Origin: an uncultured Bacilli bacterium
Lineage (GTDB): Bacteria; Bacillota_I; Bacilli_A; RFN20; DUOF01
Direction of reading: 5' to 3'
Length of the DNA: 64,000 bases
Assembly (NCBI GenBank): GCA_944363575.1
Contig: CALVUJ010000022.1
Location: 1,518 to 65,517 of the forward strand
Of the stretch, positions 38,483 to 50,063 are shown piece by piece. Within the stretch, counting starts at the first letter, position 1. Each line of letters begins with the position of its first letter. The translations under genes were made by a program, and so were the position numbers. A model generated the notes under the pieces. It was not told where the DNA came from, made no database searches, and worked only from the letters and a program-made list of their open reading frames with translations.

Positions 38483-39398
38483 GAGTAAAGATATTTGGAA
38501 TATTGTTTTTTATGATGAAGTTTCTTTGATTAATAAATTGAAGTTTTTAAGGGTTGAAATATATGATTTTAAGAAAGTAGATAATTATAAGTTTTATTTT
38601 AAGACTAGTAGGAAAAATAGAAAGATTATTAAAGAAAATTTTAAAGAGTGTAAGTTAGTAAGTCGTAGGGGTTTATTTAATTATTTAGAGATGATGTTTA
38701 AAAGGAGTACTTTTTTGTGTGTAGTGATTGCTAGTTTATGTATGTATAATGTTTCTAGAAGAATTTGGAAGATTGAAATTACGGGCGATTATGAAGAAAT
38801 TGAGAGTAGTTTTTTAGATGAGTTAACTAATAATAAGATTGTGATTGGAGGGTATTATCCTAGTGATGCTAAGTTAAAGGAGATAGAGGATGATATAGAG
38901 CTTTATATGGCTAAGGAAGTAGAGTTTTTGGAGTTGAAGAGGAAGGGTAGTGTAATTAGTTTACGGTATCAAAAAAGGAGAGTTGCATCACCATTGCCGA
39001 GTAAGGGAGTTAATTTGTATGCGACTAAAGATGGGATGATAAGGTATTTTAATGTTGTTAGTGGGGTTAAGCAAGTTAAAGAGTATGATTATGTTAAAAA
39101 GGGCGATTTGTTAGTTAGTGATGTTGTAGAGACTAGTAGTGGAGAGTTAATTAATGTTGGGACTTTGGGAAGTGTTTATGCGAATACTTTTTATATAATT
39201 GAGGTTAATTTGGATTATGAAGGTATGGATGAAGCGAGTGTTTTTTCTAGAATGCTTGATAAAGCTAAAGTAAAAATTGGCGAAAATATATCTAAAGATG
39301 AAAAAATTGAAATAGAAAGAGTTTTAGATTATAAGATTGAAGAAAATAAGGGTTATATGAAGGTTTATTATATGCTTTTAGAAGATATTACCATTTAG
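38475..39398 (+). CDS. yqfD: YqfD-like stage IV sporulation protein
   Basis: TM segment followed by the hallmark RRIWKIEITG motif. Downstream of yqfC and upstream of the ybeY-era block, as in B. subtilis. Confidence 0.65.
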   Translation: MFESKDIWNIVFYDEVSLINKLKFLRVEIYDFKKVDNYKFYFKTSRKNRKIIKENFKECKLVSRRGLFNYLEMMFKRSTFLCVVIASLCMYNVSRRIWKIEITGDYEEIESSFLDELTNNKIVIGGYYPSDAKLKEIEDDIELYMAKEVEFLELKRKGSVISLRYQKRRVASPLPSKGVNLYATKDGMIRYFNVVSGVKQVKEYDYVKKGDLLVSDVVETSSGELINVGTLGSVYANTFYIIEVNLDYEGMDEASVFSRMLDKAKVKIGENISKDEKIEIERVLDYKIEENKGYMKVYYMLLEDITI

Positions 39399-40305
39399 CG
39401 TAATATCTTTTTATTTTAGAGATAAATGGGAGAACTAGAAGTACTCCAAGGGTATTAAAAATGATATTTGTTATAGCGATGTTAATAGCGATGTTAAAGT
39501 TAAATAAATTTATGATGATAGTTATTAGGTGTTTGAATGGCTTAATAAGTAAAGAAAAGATTGTGGTAGTAGCAATGTTAAAGAAAAGGTTGAAGTGGGC
39601 TAGTTTTTTAGCATCTTTTTGATTGTTTGTTATTCCATAGAAGGAATCAAATGTTGTGCCTATGTTAGCTCCAAAGATGAAAGGGATTGTTTGATATAGG
39701 GTTAAAAAATTTGACATTGCTAGAACTTGTAGGATGGCAATAAAGACACTTGAAGATTGTAAGATTAGAGTAATTAGCATACCTACGATAATGCTTAAGA
39801 CAAAGGAGTTAGATACGTTTTGAATGTAATTATAGATAATAGCAGAATCTTTAAAAGAGTCTACGGCAAAGGAAATAAGGAAAAGGCTGTAAAAGAGTAG
39901 ACCTAAAGAGAAAATAATTTTTCCTATTTTATGATATTTCTTTTTTAGATACATCATTAAAAAACCTAATAGCATTATATATGCAGAGATTTTTTCGAGA
40001 TTAAGTCCAATTATAAAGGAGGTGATAGTAGTAGCAACGTTGCTTCCTAACATGATACCTATACTGTTATTGAAGGTTAGTATTTTGGCATTTATAAGAC
40101 TGATTGTTATCATGATGACAGCGGAACTTGATTGGATAATAGCGGTAGCAAAAAAGCCTACAATTAAGCTTTTGCTAGTTGATGATGTAAGGGATAAAAG
40201 TTTTTGTTTTACTTTAGTTAATGATAAGGATATAAGGTTGTTACTTAGCGTATCTATAGAATATATAAAGAGAATAATTCCTCCAATTAATAAAGTTAAA
40301 GTCAT
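39388..40305 (-). CDS. Na/Pi-cotransporter II-related membrane protein (short form)
   Basis: Duplicated QSSSA/QSSSV motifs. 305 aa, so it lacks a PhoU-like C-terminal half. Confidence 0.65.
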   Translation of the reverse strand: MTLTLLIGGIILFIYSIDTLSNNLISLSLTKVKQKLLSLTSSTSKSLIVGFFATAIIQSSSAVIMITISLINAKILTFNNSIGIMLGSNVATTITSFIIGLNLEKISAYIMLLGFLMMYLKKKYHKIGKIIFSLGLLFYSLFLISFAVDSFKDSAIIYNYIQNVSNSFVLSIIVGMLITLILQSSSVFIAILQVLAMSNFLTLYQTIPFIFGANIGTTFDSFYGITNNQKDAKKLAHFNLFFNIATTTIFSLLIKPFKHLITIIINLFNFNIAINIAITNIIFNTLGVLLVLPFISKIKRYYAKW

Positions 40306-40380
40306 ATTATCACCATTTAATTATATTAAATAAAGTGTATAAATATGAGATTAGTGCGGGTATTAAATTAGGGGGATTAA

Positions 40381-40743
40381 ATGATTAATTTTAGATATGT
40401 TTTACATCCTACTTGGTGTGGTTATTTTTGCTTAAAAAAAATTATTAAAAATGTGAAAGTTAAAAAAAAGAGTTATATGAGTTTAGATGAAGTTTGTAAG
40501 ATTTTAAGAATGTATAATTATTCTTGTGTATGTCTTAGGGTTACTGAACTTGAGTTAGTAAATAAAGAGTGTTTGAGTTTAGTTAAAAAGAAAAATAGTT
40601 ATCATTATGTAATTATTAAGAAAGTTGATGATAACTATGTATATGTTTACGATCCTTTGTGGTTTTTTGTTAGAAGAAAAAAGAAGAAATCTTTTCTTAA
40701 AAAATGGAGTGGGATTTGTGTTTTTTATGTTAATTTGGGGTAA
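40381..40743 (+). CDS. Standalone peptidase C39 (bacteriocin-processing) domain protein
   Basis: TWCGYFCL (catalytic Cys motif C-G-x-x-C-L) and HYVIIKKVDDNYVYVYDPLWF...WSGICVF (His and DP.G, WtG motifs). 120 aa with no ABC fusion. Confidence 0.65.
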   Translation: MINFRYVLHPTWCGYFCLKKIIKNVKVKKKSYMSLDEVCKILRMYNYSCVCLRVTELELVNKECLSLVKKKNSYHYVIIKKVDDNYVYVYDPLWFFVRRKKKKSFLKKWSGICVFYVNLG

Positions 40744-40752
40744 TCTTGAAAG

Positions 40753-41577
40753 TTAAAAAGAAACAATAACACCTTTTTCTAAAGCATAGAAAGAGCATAA
40801 TCCTCTCATTTCATTAATAACGATTTCTTTAAAAGGATATTTTTTTTGTATTTCTTCTTTTAGGAAAAGTGCTGATTCTTCATTTTTACAATGTGATATG
40901 ATACATTTTCTATTTTCAAAATTAGTACACTTTTTAGATATGGAGTCTACTAGCCTATTTAAAGCATTTTTTATTGTTCTAGGTTTTTCATATATTTCAA
41001 TAGTTCCATCTTTAGCGATACATAACGGTTTTATGTATAGAGCAGTAGCTACGAAGGCTACTAGTTTTGACATTCTTCCATTTTTTACGAGATTTTCAAA
41101 AGTGTTAAGTACGAAAAACAAGTTTAAATTTTCTTTATATTCTTCTATTTTAGTAGTTATTTCTTCAAAAGATAAGTCTTGTTTCATTAATTCATAAGTT
41201 TTATCTACGAGTAATTGCATAACCCCACTGGTAGCTTTTGAATCTACGACGTGTACTTTTTTATTACAATCAGTACTTCCTAAATAAGCAGAATTATACG
41301 TTCCGGATATTTTACTAGAGATTGTTATACAGATTATGTTTTCAGCTTCTTCATATGTGCTTTTAAAGTATTCGCTACTAGGGCAGGCTGTCGTGGATTT
41401 TGTTTTGCTATTATGCATAGCAGTAAGCATTTCATCTACATTTATATTTTTATCATCTACGAAGTCTTGTCCTCCAGCAAAAATAGTTAAGGGAACGACT
41501 TCAAATCCAATATTACTATCTTTAATATAATCATTTTTTAAATCTGATGATGAGTCAACAACTATTTTATATTTCAT
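40753..41577 (-). CDS. DegV family protein, second paralog
   Basis: KIVVDSSSDL N-terminus. Start at ATG 41577 after RBS ggagga. Confidence 0.8.
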   Translation of the reverse strand: MKYKIVVDSSSDLKNDYIKDSNIGFEVVPLTIFAGGQDFVDDKNINVDEMLTAMHNSKTKSTTACPSSEYFKSTYEEAENIICITISSKISGTYNSAYLGSTDCNKKVHVVDSKATSGVMQLLVDKTYELMKQDLSFEEITTKIEEYKENLNLFFVLNTFENLVKNGRMSKLVAFVATALYIKPLCIAKDGTIEIYEKPRTIKNALNRLVDSISKKCTNFENRKCIISHCKNEESALFLKEEIQKKYPFKEIVINEMRGLCSFYALEKGVIVSF

Positions 41578-41738
41578 ATTTATTCCTCCAAACGCAAATG
41601 ATTTTAACAAATTATATTAGTATAATCATTATTTTTATATCTATGATTATAAGATTAAACTAACTAAATTAGAGAAAAAGGACTCTACTCACAGTAGAAT
41701 TGCTTGATTTACCTTCGTTTTTTTGCTAATATCTAAGT

Positions 41739-42374
41739 ATGGAAAAGATAGAAAATTTAAAGAGAACAATAAAGAACAATTTAATAAAATATAGGAAAGC
41801 AGCAGGCTTAACACAAGTTCAGTTGGCTCAGAAATTAGGGTACTCAGACAAAAGTGTGTCTAAGTGGGAAAGAGAAGAAGGAGTTCCTGACATTTACATC
41901 CTAAAGGAGATTGCTGACTTGTATGGGGTGACTGTTAATGATTTGATTAGTGAGGAAGAGGGTAAGATTTCTTCTTTAACTAAAGTAATAATTAAAAAAT
42001 TATCTTCGCGTAATAAGTTAATTATTGCCTTGTTATCAGCAGGAGTTGTTTGGGCGATTGCTACTACTTTATATGTAATACTTGATATTGCTAATCCTAA
42101 GGGGTTGGATTGGTTAGGGAATATATATATTTATGCTATTCCTATAACATGTGTTGTTTTGTTAGTTTTTAATTGTATTTGGGGTAAGCGATTTAAAAAG
42201 ATTTTTAATTTTATTTTAATTAGTGCTTTAATTTGGACGTTTACATTATCTTTGTATATTTCTTTTTCTATTGAGAATTTTTCTGAATTATTTATAATTC
42301 CTGTTCCTTTACAAATTTTAACTATTTTGGCATTTATGTTTGGGAAAAATAAAAATGTTGAGGTTAAGAAGTAA
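41739..42374 (+). CDS. XRE-family HTH regulator fused to a C-terminal multi-TM domain
   Basis: HTH LTQVQLAQKLGYSDKSVSKWE followed by 3-4 TM helices. Confidence 0.7.
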   Translation: MEKIENLKRTIKNNLIKYRKAAGLTQVQLAQKLGYSDKSVSKWEREEGVPDIYILKEIADLYGVTVNDLISEEEGKISSLTKVIIKKLSSRNKLIIALLSAGVVWAIATTLYVILDIANPKGLDWLGNIYIYAIPITCVVLLVFNCIWGKRFKKIFNFILISALIWTFTLSLYISFSIENFSELFIIPVPLQILTILAFMFGKNKNVEVKK

Positions 42375-42510
42375 GAATATTGGATTTTTTGAGTAAAAAT
42401 ATTGTGTTTAGAAGGCAAATAAAGATGGTCTTAAGTTTACTTAAGAAGGGTTTGTTGTTATAATATACTGGGTGATTTGTGTGAGGGATGAAATAGAGTT
42501 TATTGATTTA

Positions 42511-42960
42511 ATGAATAATGAAATTTTAAAAGATTATGAGAAGTCTTTTAAGAAAGTTTTGAAGAGGGTAAAAAAAGAGTTAATGATTAAGAAGAAGTTA
42601 GGGTTAAGTGTTACTTTGTGTGATAATAATTATATTCAAGATTTAAATAAAACATATCGTAAAAAGGATACTCCTACGGATGTGCTTTCTTTTGCACTTG
42701 AGGATGATAAAGATAAAGAGTTAATTGAAAAAATTAGAAATTTTTCTCGTGTTAGAGAGATTGGTGATATTGTAATTAGTTATGAAAAAGCGATGGAACA
42801 AGCGAAAGAATATAATCATAGTTTAGAAAGAGAAATGTGTTTTTTGTTTGTGCATGGGGTTTTGCATTTGTTAGGTTATGATCATATTAATAAGACAGAT
42901 GAAGATATTATGTTTGGTTTGCAAAAAAAGATTTTAAATGATTTAAAGATTGTGAGGTAA
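42511..42960 (+). CDS. ybeY: rRNA maturation endoribonuclease YbeY
   Basis: HGVLHLLGYDH zinc-binding motif. ATG at 42511 is preferred over the upstream non-ATG track start. Confidence 0.85.
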   Translation: MNNEILKDYEKSFKKVLKRVKKELMIKKKLGLSVTLCDNNYIQDLNKTYRKKDTPTDVLSFALEDDKDKELIEKIRNFSRVREIGDIVISYEKAMEQAKEYNHSLEREMCFLFVHGVLHLLGYDHINKTDEDIMFGLQKKILNDLKIVR

Positions 42961-42964
42961 TAAG

Positions 42965-43372
42965 ATGAAACATCAAGATGAATTATTAAGGGAAGCGATA
43001 CTTGCAAAAGTTAATTCATATTCACCTTATTCTAGTTTTAGAGTAGGGGCGGCAGCACTTTTAAAGGATGGTACGATTATTAAAGGTTGTAACGTGGAGA
43101 ATGCTAGTTTTGGGCTTAGTATGTGTGCTGAGAGAGTGTGTTTGTTTAATGTATATTCTAGCGGGTATCATAAGGAAGATATTGTTGGTTTTGCAATAAG
43201 CGGGGATACTGATGATGTTATTTATCCGTGTGGGGCATGTAGGCAAGTTATGTGTGAGTTATTAAATGAAACGTGTTCTGTTTTCTTAATTAATAAGAAG
43301 GATGAATATAAAGAAGTTAAAGTTAAGAGATTATTACCTTTTTACTTTAAAGGGGATGTTTTAGGTGAGTAG
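42965..43372 (+). CDS. cdd: Cytidine deaminase
   Basis: CAERVC and PCGACRQ zinc-ligand motifs, 135 aa. Confidence 0.85.
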   Translation: MKHQDELLREAILAKVNSYSPYSSFRVGAAALLKDGTIIKGCNVENASFGLSMCAERVCLFNVYSSGYHKEDIVGFAISGDTDDVIYPCGACRQVMCELLNETCSVFLINKKDEYKEVKVKRLLPFYFKGDVLGE

Positions 43373-44258
43373 TTTTAAGTCGGGTTTTGTTTCTATTGTG
43401 GGTAGGCCTAATGCGGGTAAGTCTACTTTGTTAAATAGTTTGGTTAAGCATAAGGTAGCAATTGTTAGTCCGAAAGCTCAAACAACAAGGAATAAGATAC
43501 AAGGTATTTATACTGATGAGGAATGTCAAATTGTTTTTGTGGATACTCCAGGTATTCATAAACCTAATAATAAATTAGGGTTGGAGTTAAATAAGATGGC
43601 TTATTCATCGGTTAAAGATGTGGAAGCTACTATTTTAATAGTGGATGCTAGTAAGGAGTTTCTTGAGGGGGATAGGTTTGTTTTAGAAGAGGTTAAAAAG
43701 ATTAAAAATCCTGTTATTTTGGCTTTAAATAAGGTGGATTTAATTAGTAAAAATAAACTTATTGAGATAGTTGATTTTTGGAGTAAGCAATATGATTTTT
43801 ATGCGATTGTGCCTTTGAGTGCTTTAAAGGCTAATAATTTAGATAATCTTTTAAAAGTTATTAAAGAGGTTTTACCTGTTGGGCCTATGTATTATGATAA
43901 AGATAGTGTTAGTGCATATCCAGAGAGTTTTTTGATTAGTGAGTTGATTAGAGAGAAAATTTTATATTTAACTGATGAAGAGATTCCTCATACGGTAGCT
44001 GTTCAAATTGATTCGATGAAGAAGAAAAATAAAGTTTATTATATTCAAGCTAGTATTGTAGTGGATAAAGATTCTCGTAAGGGAATTATTATTGGTAAAA
44101 GAGGGCAAATGCTTAAAAGAATTGGTGAAAGGGCAAGGAAAGATATAGAGGAATTATTGAATAGTAAAGTAATGCTTGAGTTGTTTGTGAAGGTGGAGAA
44201 AGATTGGCGTGATTCAATGTATTTACTAAAAGAGTTTGGGTATAAGGATACAGAGTAA
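43365..44258 (+). CDS. era: GTPase Era
   Basis: G1 GRPNAGKST, G3 DTPG, G4 NKVD and a KH domain. Confidence 0.9.
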   Translation: MSSFKSGFVSIVGRPNAGKSTLLNSLVKHKVAIVSPKAQTTRNKIQGIYTDEECQIVFVDTPGIHKPNNKLGLELNKMAYSSVKDVEATILIVDASKEFLEGDRFVLEEVKKIKNPVILALNKVDLISKNKLIEIVDFWSKQYDFYAIVPLSALKANNLDNLLKVIKEVLPVGPMYYDKDSVSAYPESFLISELIREKILYLTDEEIPHTVAVQIDSMKKKNKVYYIQASIVVDKDSRKGIIIGKRGQMLKRIGERARKDIEELLNSKVMLELFVKVEKDWRDSMYLLKEFGYKDTE

Positions 44259-44259
44259 G

Positions 44260-44985
44260 ATGAAAGAAAAGTATGTGGGTTATGTGTTAAACTCTATTGA
44301 TTATAAAGATAGTGATAGTTTGGTTAGTGTTTTGTGTGAAGATGGGGTGGTTTGTCTTCGGGCAAGGGGAGTTAAGAAGCCTACTTCAAAGAACGCTAGT
44401 AGTGTTATGAACTATGCTTATAGTGAATTTGAGGTTAATAAGAGTTTGAAAAATGGTTTTTTAACTCTAAGTGAAGGTAGATTAATTAAGTATCCGTCTT
44501 TTATTAATAATAATTTGGAGTATATAGGGGTTATTAATTTGGTTAGTGAAGGGTTAGAAATTATTAATGATAAAGGTGATAGTTTTAAGTGTTTTGTGGA
44601 TTGTTTGGCAAGAATGCAGGAAGGTTATGATAGTAAGTATATTTTAATTGCTTTTTTGAATTATTTTTTAAGGAAGCAGGGCTGTGAACTTAATAGCGAT
44701 GAGTGTGTTAGTTGTGGTGGTAAGGAGAGAATAGTTAAGTTTAGTTTTGAAGATGGTGGATATTTGTGTCGTCATTGTTGTTCTTTGGGTAGTGATGAAG
44801 TCAATTATTTGCATAACATGAGAGTTTTAAGTAAAGTTAATTGTGATAATATTAATAAGGTAAATATTGATTTTAATGACACATATCTTTATATTAAAGG
44901 AGTGTTTTCTATTATTGAAAGTAAAATTGGTGTATACTTCAAAAGTAAAAACTTTTTACTTAGAGTTATAAGGGAGGAAAAGTAA
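44260..44985 (+). CDS. recO: DNA repair protein RecO
   Basis: C-terminal Cys4 (CVSCGG...CRHCC). Follows era as in B. subtilis. Confidence 0.8.
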   Translation: MKEKYVGYVLNSIDYKDSDSLVSVLCEDGVVCLRARGVKKPTSKNASSVMNYAYSEFEVNKSLKNGFLTLSEGRLIKYPSFINNNLEYIGVINLVSEGLEIINDKGDSFKCFVDCLARMQEGYDSKYILIAFLNYFLRKQGCELNSDECVSCGGKERIVKFSFEDGGYLCRHCCSLGSDEVNYLHNMRVLSKVNCDNINKVNIDFNDTYLYIKGVFSIIESKIGVYFKSKNFLLRVIREEK

Positions 44986-46358
44986 TGGGAGAGTTTAGTT
45001 TTGAGAAGATAGTTAATCATGTTCGTGTTAGCGGGTTTGTGTATCAAGGTAGTGAGATATACAATGGTTTAGCTAATACTTGGGATTATGGTCCTTTGGG
45101 AGTAGAGTTAAAAAATAATTTAAAGAAATTGTGGTGGAAGAAGTTTGTGCAGGAGAATCCATATAATGTTGGTTTGGATAGTGCGATTTTGATGAATCCA
45201 GAGGTATGGGTTGCTAGTGGGCATTTGGCTACTTTTGCTGATCCTTTGATGGATTGTAAACAGTGCAAGATGAGACATCGTGCTGATAAATTAGTGGAAG
45301 ATTTTGATTCTTCTATTAATGCAGGTGGGATGAGTGATGAAGAGTTAGAGAAATTTATTAAGGAGCATCATATTGCTTGTCCTAATTGCGGGAATCATGA
45401 TTTTAGTAGTATTCGTAAATTTAATATGATGTTTAAGACTTTTCAAGGTGTTTTAGAAGATAGTAAGAGTACTATTTATTTGCGTCCTGAGACAGCACAG
45501 GGTATTTTTGTGAACTTTAAAAATATTCAAAGAACAACTAGAAAGAAAATACCTTTTGGCGTTGCTCAAATAGGAAAATCTTTTAGAAATGAGATTACTC
45601 CTGGTAATTTTACTTTTAGAACGAGAGAATTTGAACAAATGGAGTTAGAGTTTTTCTGTAAGCCAGGTGAAGATTTGAAATGGTATGAGTATTATAAAGA
45701 CTATTGCATGAAGTTTGTTAAGAGTTTAGGTATTAGTGAAAGTAATTTAAGATTAAGAGAGCATTCAAAAGAAGAGTTATGTTTTTATTCTAAAGGTACT
45801 AGTGATATTGAGTATAAGTTTCCTTTTGGTTGGGGAGAGTTATGGGGAATTGCTGATCGTACCGATTATGATTTGAGTCAACATGCTGAACATAGCGGGG
45901 TTAATTTTGAGTATATTGATCCTAGTGATAATAGTCGATATATTCCTTATTGTGTAGAGCCTAGTTTAGGTGCTGATAGGTTAGCTTTAGTAGTAATGTG
46001 TGAAGCATATGATGAGGAAGTGATTAAGGAAGATGATGTTAGAATAGTTATGAGATTGCATCCTTTTGTTGCTCCTTATAAAGCATGTGTTATGCCTTTA
46101 AGTAAACAATTAAATGAAAAGGCTATGGAAATTTATAGTAATCTTAGTAAAAAATTTATGGTTGAGTATGATGAAAGTGGTAGTATTGGTAAAAGATATC
46201 GTAGGCAAGATGCGATTGGTACTCCTATGTGTATAACAATTGATTTTGATACTGATAGTGATGATAGTGTTACGGTTAGAGATCGTGATACGATGGAGCA
46301 AGTTAGAGTTAAGATTAGTGAGTTAGAGAGTTATATTGAGAGTAAAATTAGTTTATAG
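44985..46358 (+). CDS. glyQS: Glycine--tRNA ligase (alpha2 single-chain type)
   Basis: Class II motif 2 [21 protein letters not shown], 457 aa. Confidence 0.85.
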   Translation: MGEFSFEKIVNHVRVSGFVYQGSEIYNGLANTWDYGPLGVELKNNLKKLWWKKFVQENPYNVGLDSAILMNPEVWVASGHLATFADPLMDCKQCKMRHRADKLVEDFDSSINAGGMSDEELEKFIKEHHIACPNCGNHDFSSIRKFNMMFKTFQGVLEDSKSTIYLRPETAQGIFVNFKNIQRTTRKKIPFGVAQIGKSFRNEITPGNFTFRTREFEQMELEFFCKPGEDLKWYEYYKDYCMKFVKSLGISESNLRLREHSKEELCFYSKGTSDIEYKFPFGWGELWGIADRTDYDLSQHAEHSGVNFEYIDPSDNSRYIPYCVEPSLGADRLALVVMCEAYDEEVIKEDDVRIVMRLHPFVAPYKACVMPLSKQLNEKAMEIYSNLSKKFMVEYDESGSIGKRYRRQDAIGTPMCITIDFDTDSDDSVTVRDRDTMEQVRVKISELESYIESKISL

Positions 46359-46376
46359 TAGTTGGGAGGTGTCTTT

Positions 46377-48149
46377 ATGCGAATAGATGAGCAGGTTATT
46401 GAAGATATTCGTAATAGAGTTAACATTGTTGATGTTATTTCTAAGTATATATCTGTTAGTAAAAAGGGCCGTAATTATGTAGCTGTTTGTCCTTTTCATA
46501 ATGATACTAATCCAAGTATGCAAATTTCTGTTGATAAGCAAATTTATAAGTGTTTTGCTTGTGGAGCAGGGGGTAATGTTTTTACTTTTGTTTCAGAGTT
46601 TGAAAAAGTTTCTTTTATTGAAGCTGTGAAAATAGTAGCTGATTTTATTGGTTATGATCTTAGTGCTTATGAGATGGTGGCTAGTCCTAGGGAGAGTGTT
46701 AGTGAAGAAGTTAGTAGACTTTATAGTTTAGTTAAAGAAGCGAGTGAGTACTATACATATAACTTATTAAATAGCGATAATGAGGGTTTAAAGTATTTTT
46801 CTTCTAGAGGAGTTAATAAAGAAATCATTGATAATTTTAAGTTGGGTTATGCGAGTGATGATTCTAGTAAGATTATTCGTTATTTAACTAAAAAAGGTTA
46901 TTCAACGAAAGAGATTGTTGATGCTGGTATTGGAGTATTGAGTAATGGTACTTTAGTAGATCGTTTTAAAGGAAGAGTTATTTTTACTTTGACGAATATG
47001 AAAGGTGAGATAGTAGGTTTTAGTGGGCGTAAAATAGATAATAGTGATGCTAGTAAATATGTTAATAGTAATGAGAATGTTTTGTTTAATAAGAGTAGTT
47101 GTTTATATAATTTTTTTGAGGCTAAAAGTTTTATTTTAAAAGAGAATACAGTTTATGTAGTAGAGGGTTTTATGGATGTTATTGCTTTGTATAAAGCAGG
47201 AGTTAAAAATGCGATTGCAACTATGGGTGTTGCTCTTAGTAAGGAACATCTTAAGGCATTAGAAAAACTTAATGCTAAAATGGTTTTTTCTTTTGATGGA
47301 GATAATGCTGGTCAAACTTCTATGTATAAGATGATTGATAGTTTGGGTAGTACGTCTTTAAAAGTGGTTACTACGGGGGTTAGTGAAGCTGGTAAAGATT
47401 TAGATGAGATTTATAATAAGTCTGGTGTTAAAGGGATTACTAGTTTTTTAAATAATACTTATAGTATTAATGAATTTAAGTTTTATTATAATTTGAGAAA
47501 GACTAATTTAGATAATTTTAGTGATAAGAGTAGGTTTATTGATTATGTGGTTAAACTAATTAAGAGCATTAGTAGTGTTAGTGAAAAAGAGTATTTTATT
47601 ACTTTAGCATGTAATGAAATACATTGTAGTAGAGATGTAATTGAGCAAAGTATTGACAAAAAATCTATTAAAGTGATAGAATATGCAGGTGAGAAGCATG
47701 TAAAGGCAAATCGTTATGATAATGCTGAAATTCAAGCTTTAAAGCAGATGATGTATGATGAGAAAGCTGTTTTATATTATGTGCAAAATGTAGGTTTTAT
47801 GTTTAAGAGTGATAATATGAAAATGTCGGCTTTCATCTTAGAATACTATTATAAGTTTCATAGTGTCAATCCATTGAAGATTATTGAATATGTTAAAGAT
47901 AAAGATTTTAAGGTTGCAGATGGTTTGATTAAAGTATATGAGATGGATATCCCTGAAGAATTTAATAAGAGTGTGTTTGATGTTGTTAAGCAAAGATCTA
48001 TAAAAGTAGAAATTGATAGTTTGTTAGAAAAAAGGAAAAATTGTAGTGATTTGTTAGAGGCAACGAGAATTGCTTCGGAAATAGCGAAAAAGAAAGATGA
48101 ATTACGTGAAATTAAAACGGGGAATGGGGAGAAAAAGGAGGATTATTAA
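46377..48149 (+). CDS. dnaG: DNA primase
   Basis: Zinc ribbon [11 protein letters not shown]...CFACG and Toprim EGFMD. Confidence 0.9.
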   Translation: MRIDEQVIEDIRNRVNIVDVISKYISVSKKGRNYVAVCPFHNDTNPSMQISVDKQIYKCFACGAGGNVFTFVSEFEKVSFIEAVKIVADFIGYDLSAYEMVASPRESVSEEVSRLYSLVKEASEYYTYNLLNSDNEGLKYFSSRGVNKEIIDNFKLGYASDDSSKIIRYLTKKGYSTKEIVDAGIGVLSNGTLVDRFKGRVIFTLTNMKGEIVGFSGRKIDNSDASKYVNSNENVLFNKSSCLYNFFEAKSFILKENTVYVVEGFMDVIALYKAGVKNAIATMGVALSKEHLKALEKLNAKMVFSFDGDNAGQTSMYKMIDSLGSTSLKVVTTGVSEAGKDLDEIYNKSGVKGITSFLNNTYSINEFKFYYNLRKTNLDNFSDKSRFIDYVVKLIKSISSVSEKEYFITLACNEIHCSRDVIEQSIDKKSIKVIEYAGEKHVKANRYDNAEIQALKQMMYDEKAVLYYVQNVGFMFKSDNMKMSAFILEYYYKFHSVNPLKIIEYVKDKDFKVADGLIKVYEMDIPEEFNKSVFDVVKQRSIKVEIDSLLEKRKNCSDLLEATRIASEIAKKKDELREIKTGNGEKKEDY

Positions 48150-49384
48150 TGGTGAAAATGGTTAATGCCGATGATGATTTAGAAGAATACGAGTCGTTAG
48201 ATGCCATTAAAAAGAGACTAGAGAAGACAGCTAAAGCTAATGGTAAGTATCTAACTTATGGGGAGATAGATGAGGCTGTTTCGCATCTTGATTTAAGTGA
48301 TAATGATGTTGAAAATTTGGTAGAGTATTTTAAAAATAAAAATATTGAAGTCATTGTTGAAGATGATGATGAAGATGGATTAGAGAATTTAGATGTTAAT
48401 GATATTGATTTAAAGAAATTAGAAAATTTAGATGATGTAGTAGAAGATGAGGATGATATCTTTTTAGATGAGGATTTGCTTAGGACTGAAGCTGATGCGT
48501 TGAAGTATATTGATAATGATAATATTATTATTAGTGGAGATGTTAAGGTTAATGATCCTGTTAAAATGTATTTAAAAGAGATAGGTAAGGTTCCTCTTTT
48601 GACGAAAGAAAGAGAAATGTATTTAGCTAATAGAATTGCAATGGGTGATCAAAGGGCTAAGGATGAGATTGTACAGGCTAACTTAAGGTTAGTAGTTTCT
48701 ATTGCTAAAAAGTATTTAGGTAGAGGAATGTTGTTTTTAGATCTTATTCAAGAGGGTAATTTAGGACTTATTAAGGCTAGTGAAAAGTTTGATCCTTCAA
48801 AAGGGTTTAAATTTTCTACTTATGCGACTTGGTGGATTAGGCAAGCAATTACTAGAGCAATAGCCGATCAAGCTAGAACAATTAGAATACCTGTTCATAT
48901 GGTTGAAACAATTAATAAAATGACTAGAGTTCAAAGGCAATTAGTACAAAAATTAGGAAGAGATCCAACTGGTGAAGAAATTGCTAAAGAAATGGGTGGA
49001 GGTATTACTGGTGATCGTATAAGAGAGATTCAAAAGTTATCGCTAGAGCCAGTATCTTTAGAGAAACCTATTGGTGAAGAGGATGATTCTCATGTTGGTG
49101 ATTTTGTTGAGGATAAAGATACTTTGTCTCCGAATGAATACGCTAGTAATGAGTTATTAAAAGATGAATTGTATAATGTTATGAAAGATTTGACGGATCG
49201 AGAAGAGAGAGTTCTTCGTTTAAGATATGGGTTAGATGATGGTCGTCCTTGTACACTTGAAGAAGTTGGTCGTGAGTTTGGGGTTACAAGAGAAAGAATT
49301 AGACAAATTGAGGCGAAGGCTTTAAGGAAACTTCGACATCCTACTCGTTCAAAAAGGTTTGGTGATTTTAGAGATGACGATTGA
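48149..49384 (+). CDS. sigA: RNA polymerase sigma factor SigA (sigma-70)
   Basis: Region 2.4 motifs and region 4 HTH. dnaG-sigA operon. Confidence 0.9.
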   Translation: MVKMVNADDDLEEYESLDAIKKRLEKTAKANGKYLTYGEIDEAVSHLDLSDNDVENLVEYFKNKNIEVIVEDDDEDGLENLDVNDIDLKKLENLDDVVEDEDDIFLDEDLLRTEADALKYIDNDNIIISGDVKVNDPVKMYLKEIGKVPLLTKEREMYLANRIAMGDQRAKDEIVQANLRLVVSIAKKYLGRGMLFLDLIQEGNLGLIKASEKFDPSKGFKFSTYATWWIRQAITRAIADQARTIRIPVHMVETINKMTRVQRQLVQKLGRDPTGEEIAKEMGGGITGDRIREIQKLSLEPVSLEKPIGEEDDSHVGDFVEDKDTLSPNEYASNELLKDELYNVMKDLTDREERVLRLRYGLDDGRPCTLEEVGREFGVTRERIRQIEAKALRKLRHPTRSKRFGDFRDDD

Positions 49385-50051
49385 TAGTTTAAAATTATCT
49401 AAGAGATTACAGGCTATATACGATATAGTCCCTCAAAGCAATGTGTTAGCGGACATTGGTAGTGATCATGCTCTTTTACCTATTGCGTTAGTGTTAAGTG
49501 GGAAAGTTACTAGGGCATATGCTAGTGAGATTAATGAGGGTCCATATGAAGCAACTGTTAAAAATATTGCTAAATATGGGGTAAGTAACTATGTTAGTGC
49601 TGTTTTATCTGATGGGCTTAGTAATCTAGAAAAAGATGTTAATACAGTTTCTATTTGTGGAATGGGCGGTAGTTTAATAGTAGATATTTTAGATAGAAAT
49701 AAGGCTAAGTTAGATAATGTTGATACTTTAGTTTTAGGCCCTAATAATAATGAAGAGACTGTGCGTATTTGGTTAATGAATAATGGTTTTGAGATTGCTT
49801 TTGAAAAGATTGTAGAAGAAGATGGTCATTTCTATGAGATTATTAAAGCTTGTAAGGGGTTTAAGGCTTATACAAGAGATGAGTTATTTTTTGGGCCTGT
49901 TTTATTAAGAGAGAAAAATGAGGCTTTTATTAGAAAGTGGAGTAATCAAAGAGATCATTTATTGAAAGTGATGAATAATATAAATGATAAAAAGAGTTCT
50001 AATTATTGTATGTTAGAGTTAATGGTTAATTTGATTAATAAAAATATTTAA
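49377..50051 (+). CDS. trmK: tRNA (adenine22-N1)-methyltransferase TrmK (YqfN)
   Basis: [10 protein letters not shown] motif. Follows sigA as in B. subtilis. Confidence 0.75.
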   Translation, partial: TIDSLKLSKRLQAIYDIVPQSNVLADIGSDHALLPIALVLSGKVTRAYASEINEGPYEATVKNIAKYGVSNYVSAVLSDGLSNLEKDVNTVSICGMGGSLIVDILDRNKAKLDNVDTLVLGPNNNEETVRIWLMNNGFEIAFEKIVEEDGHFYEIIKACKGFKAYTRDELFFGPVLLREKNEAFIRKWSNQRDHLLKVMNNINDKKSSNYCMLELMVNLINKNI

Positions 50052-50063
50052 TTAGAGTAAAGT

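Noticed and set aside
42131-42418. 95-aa minus-strand ORF overlapping the 3' end of the XRE-TM gene
   Set aside because: Overlaps a better-supported CDS. No RBS.
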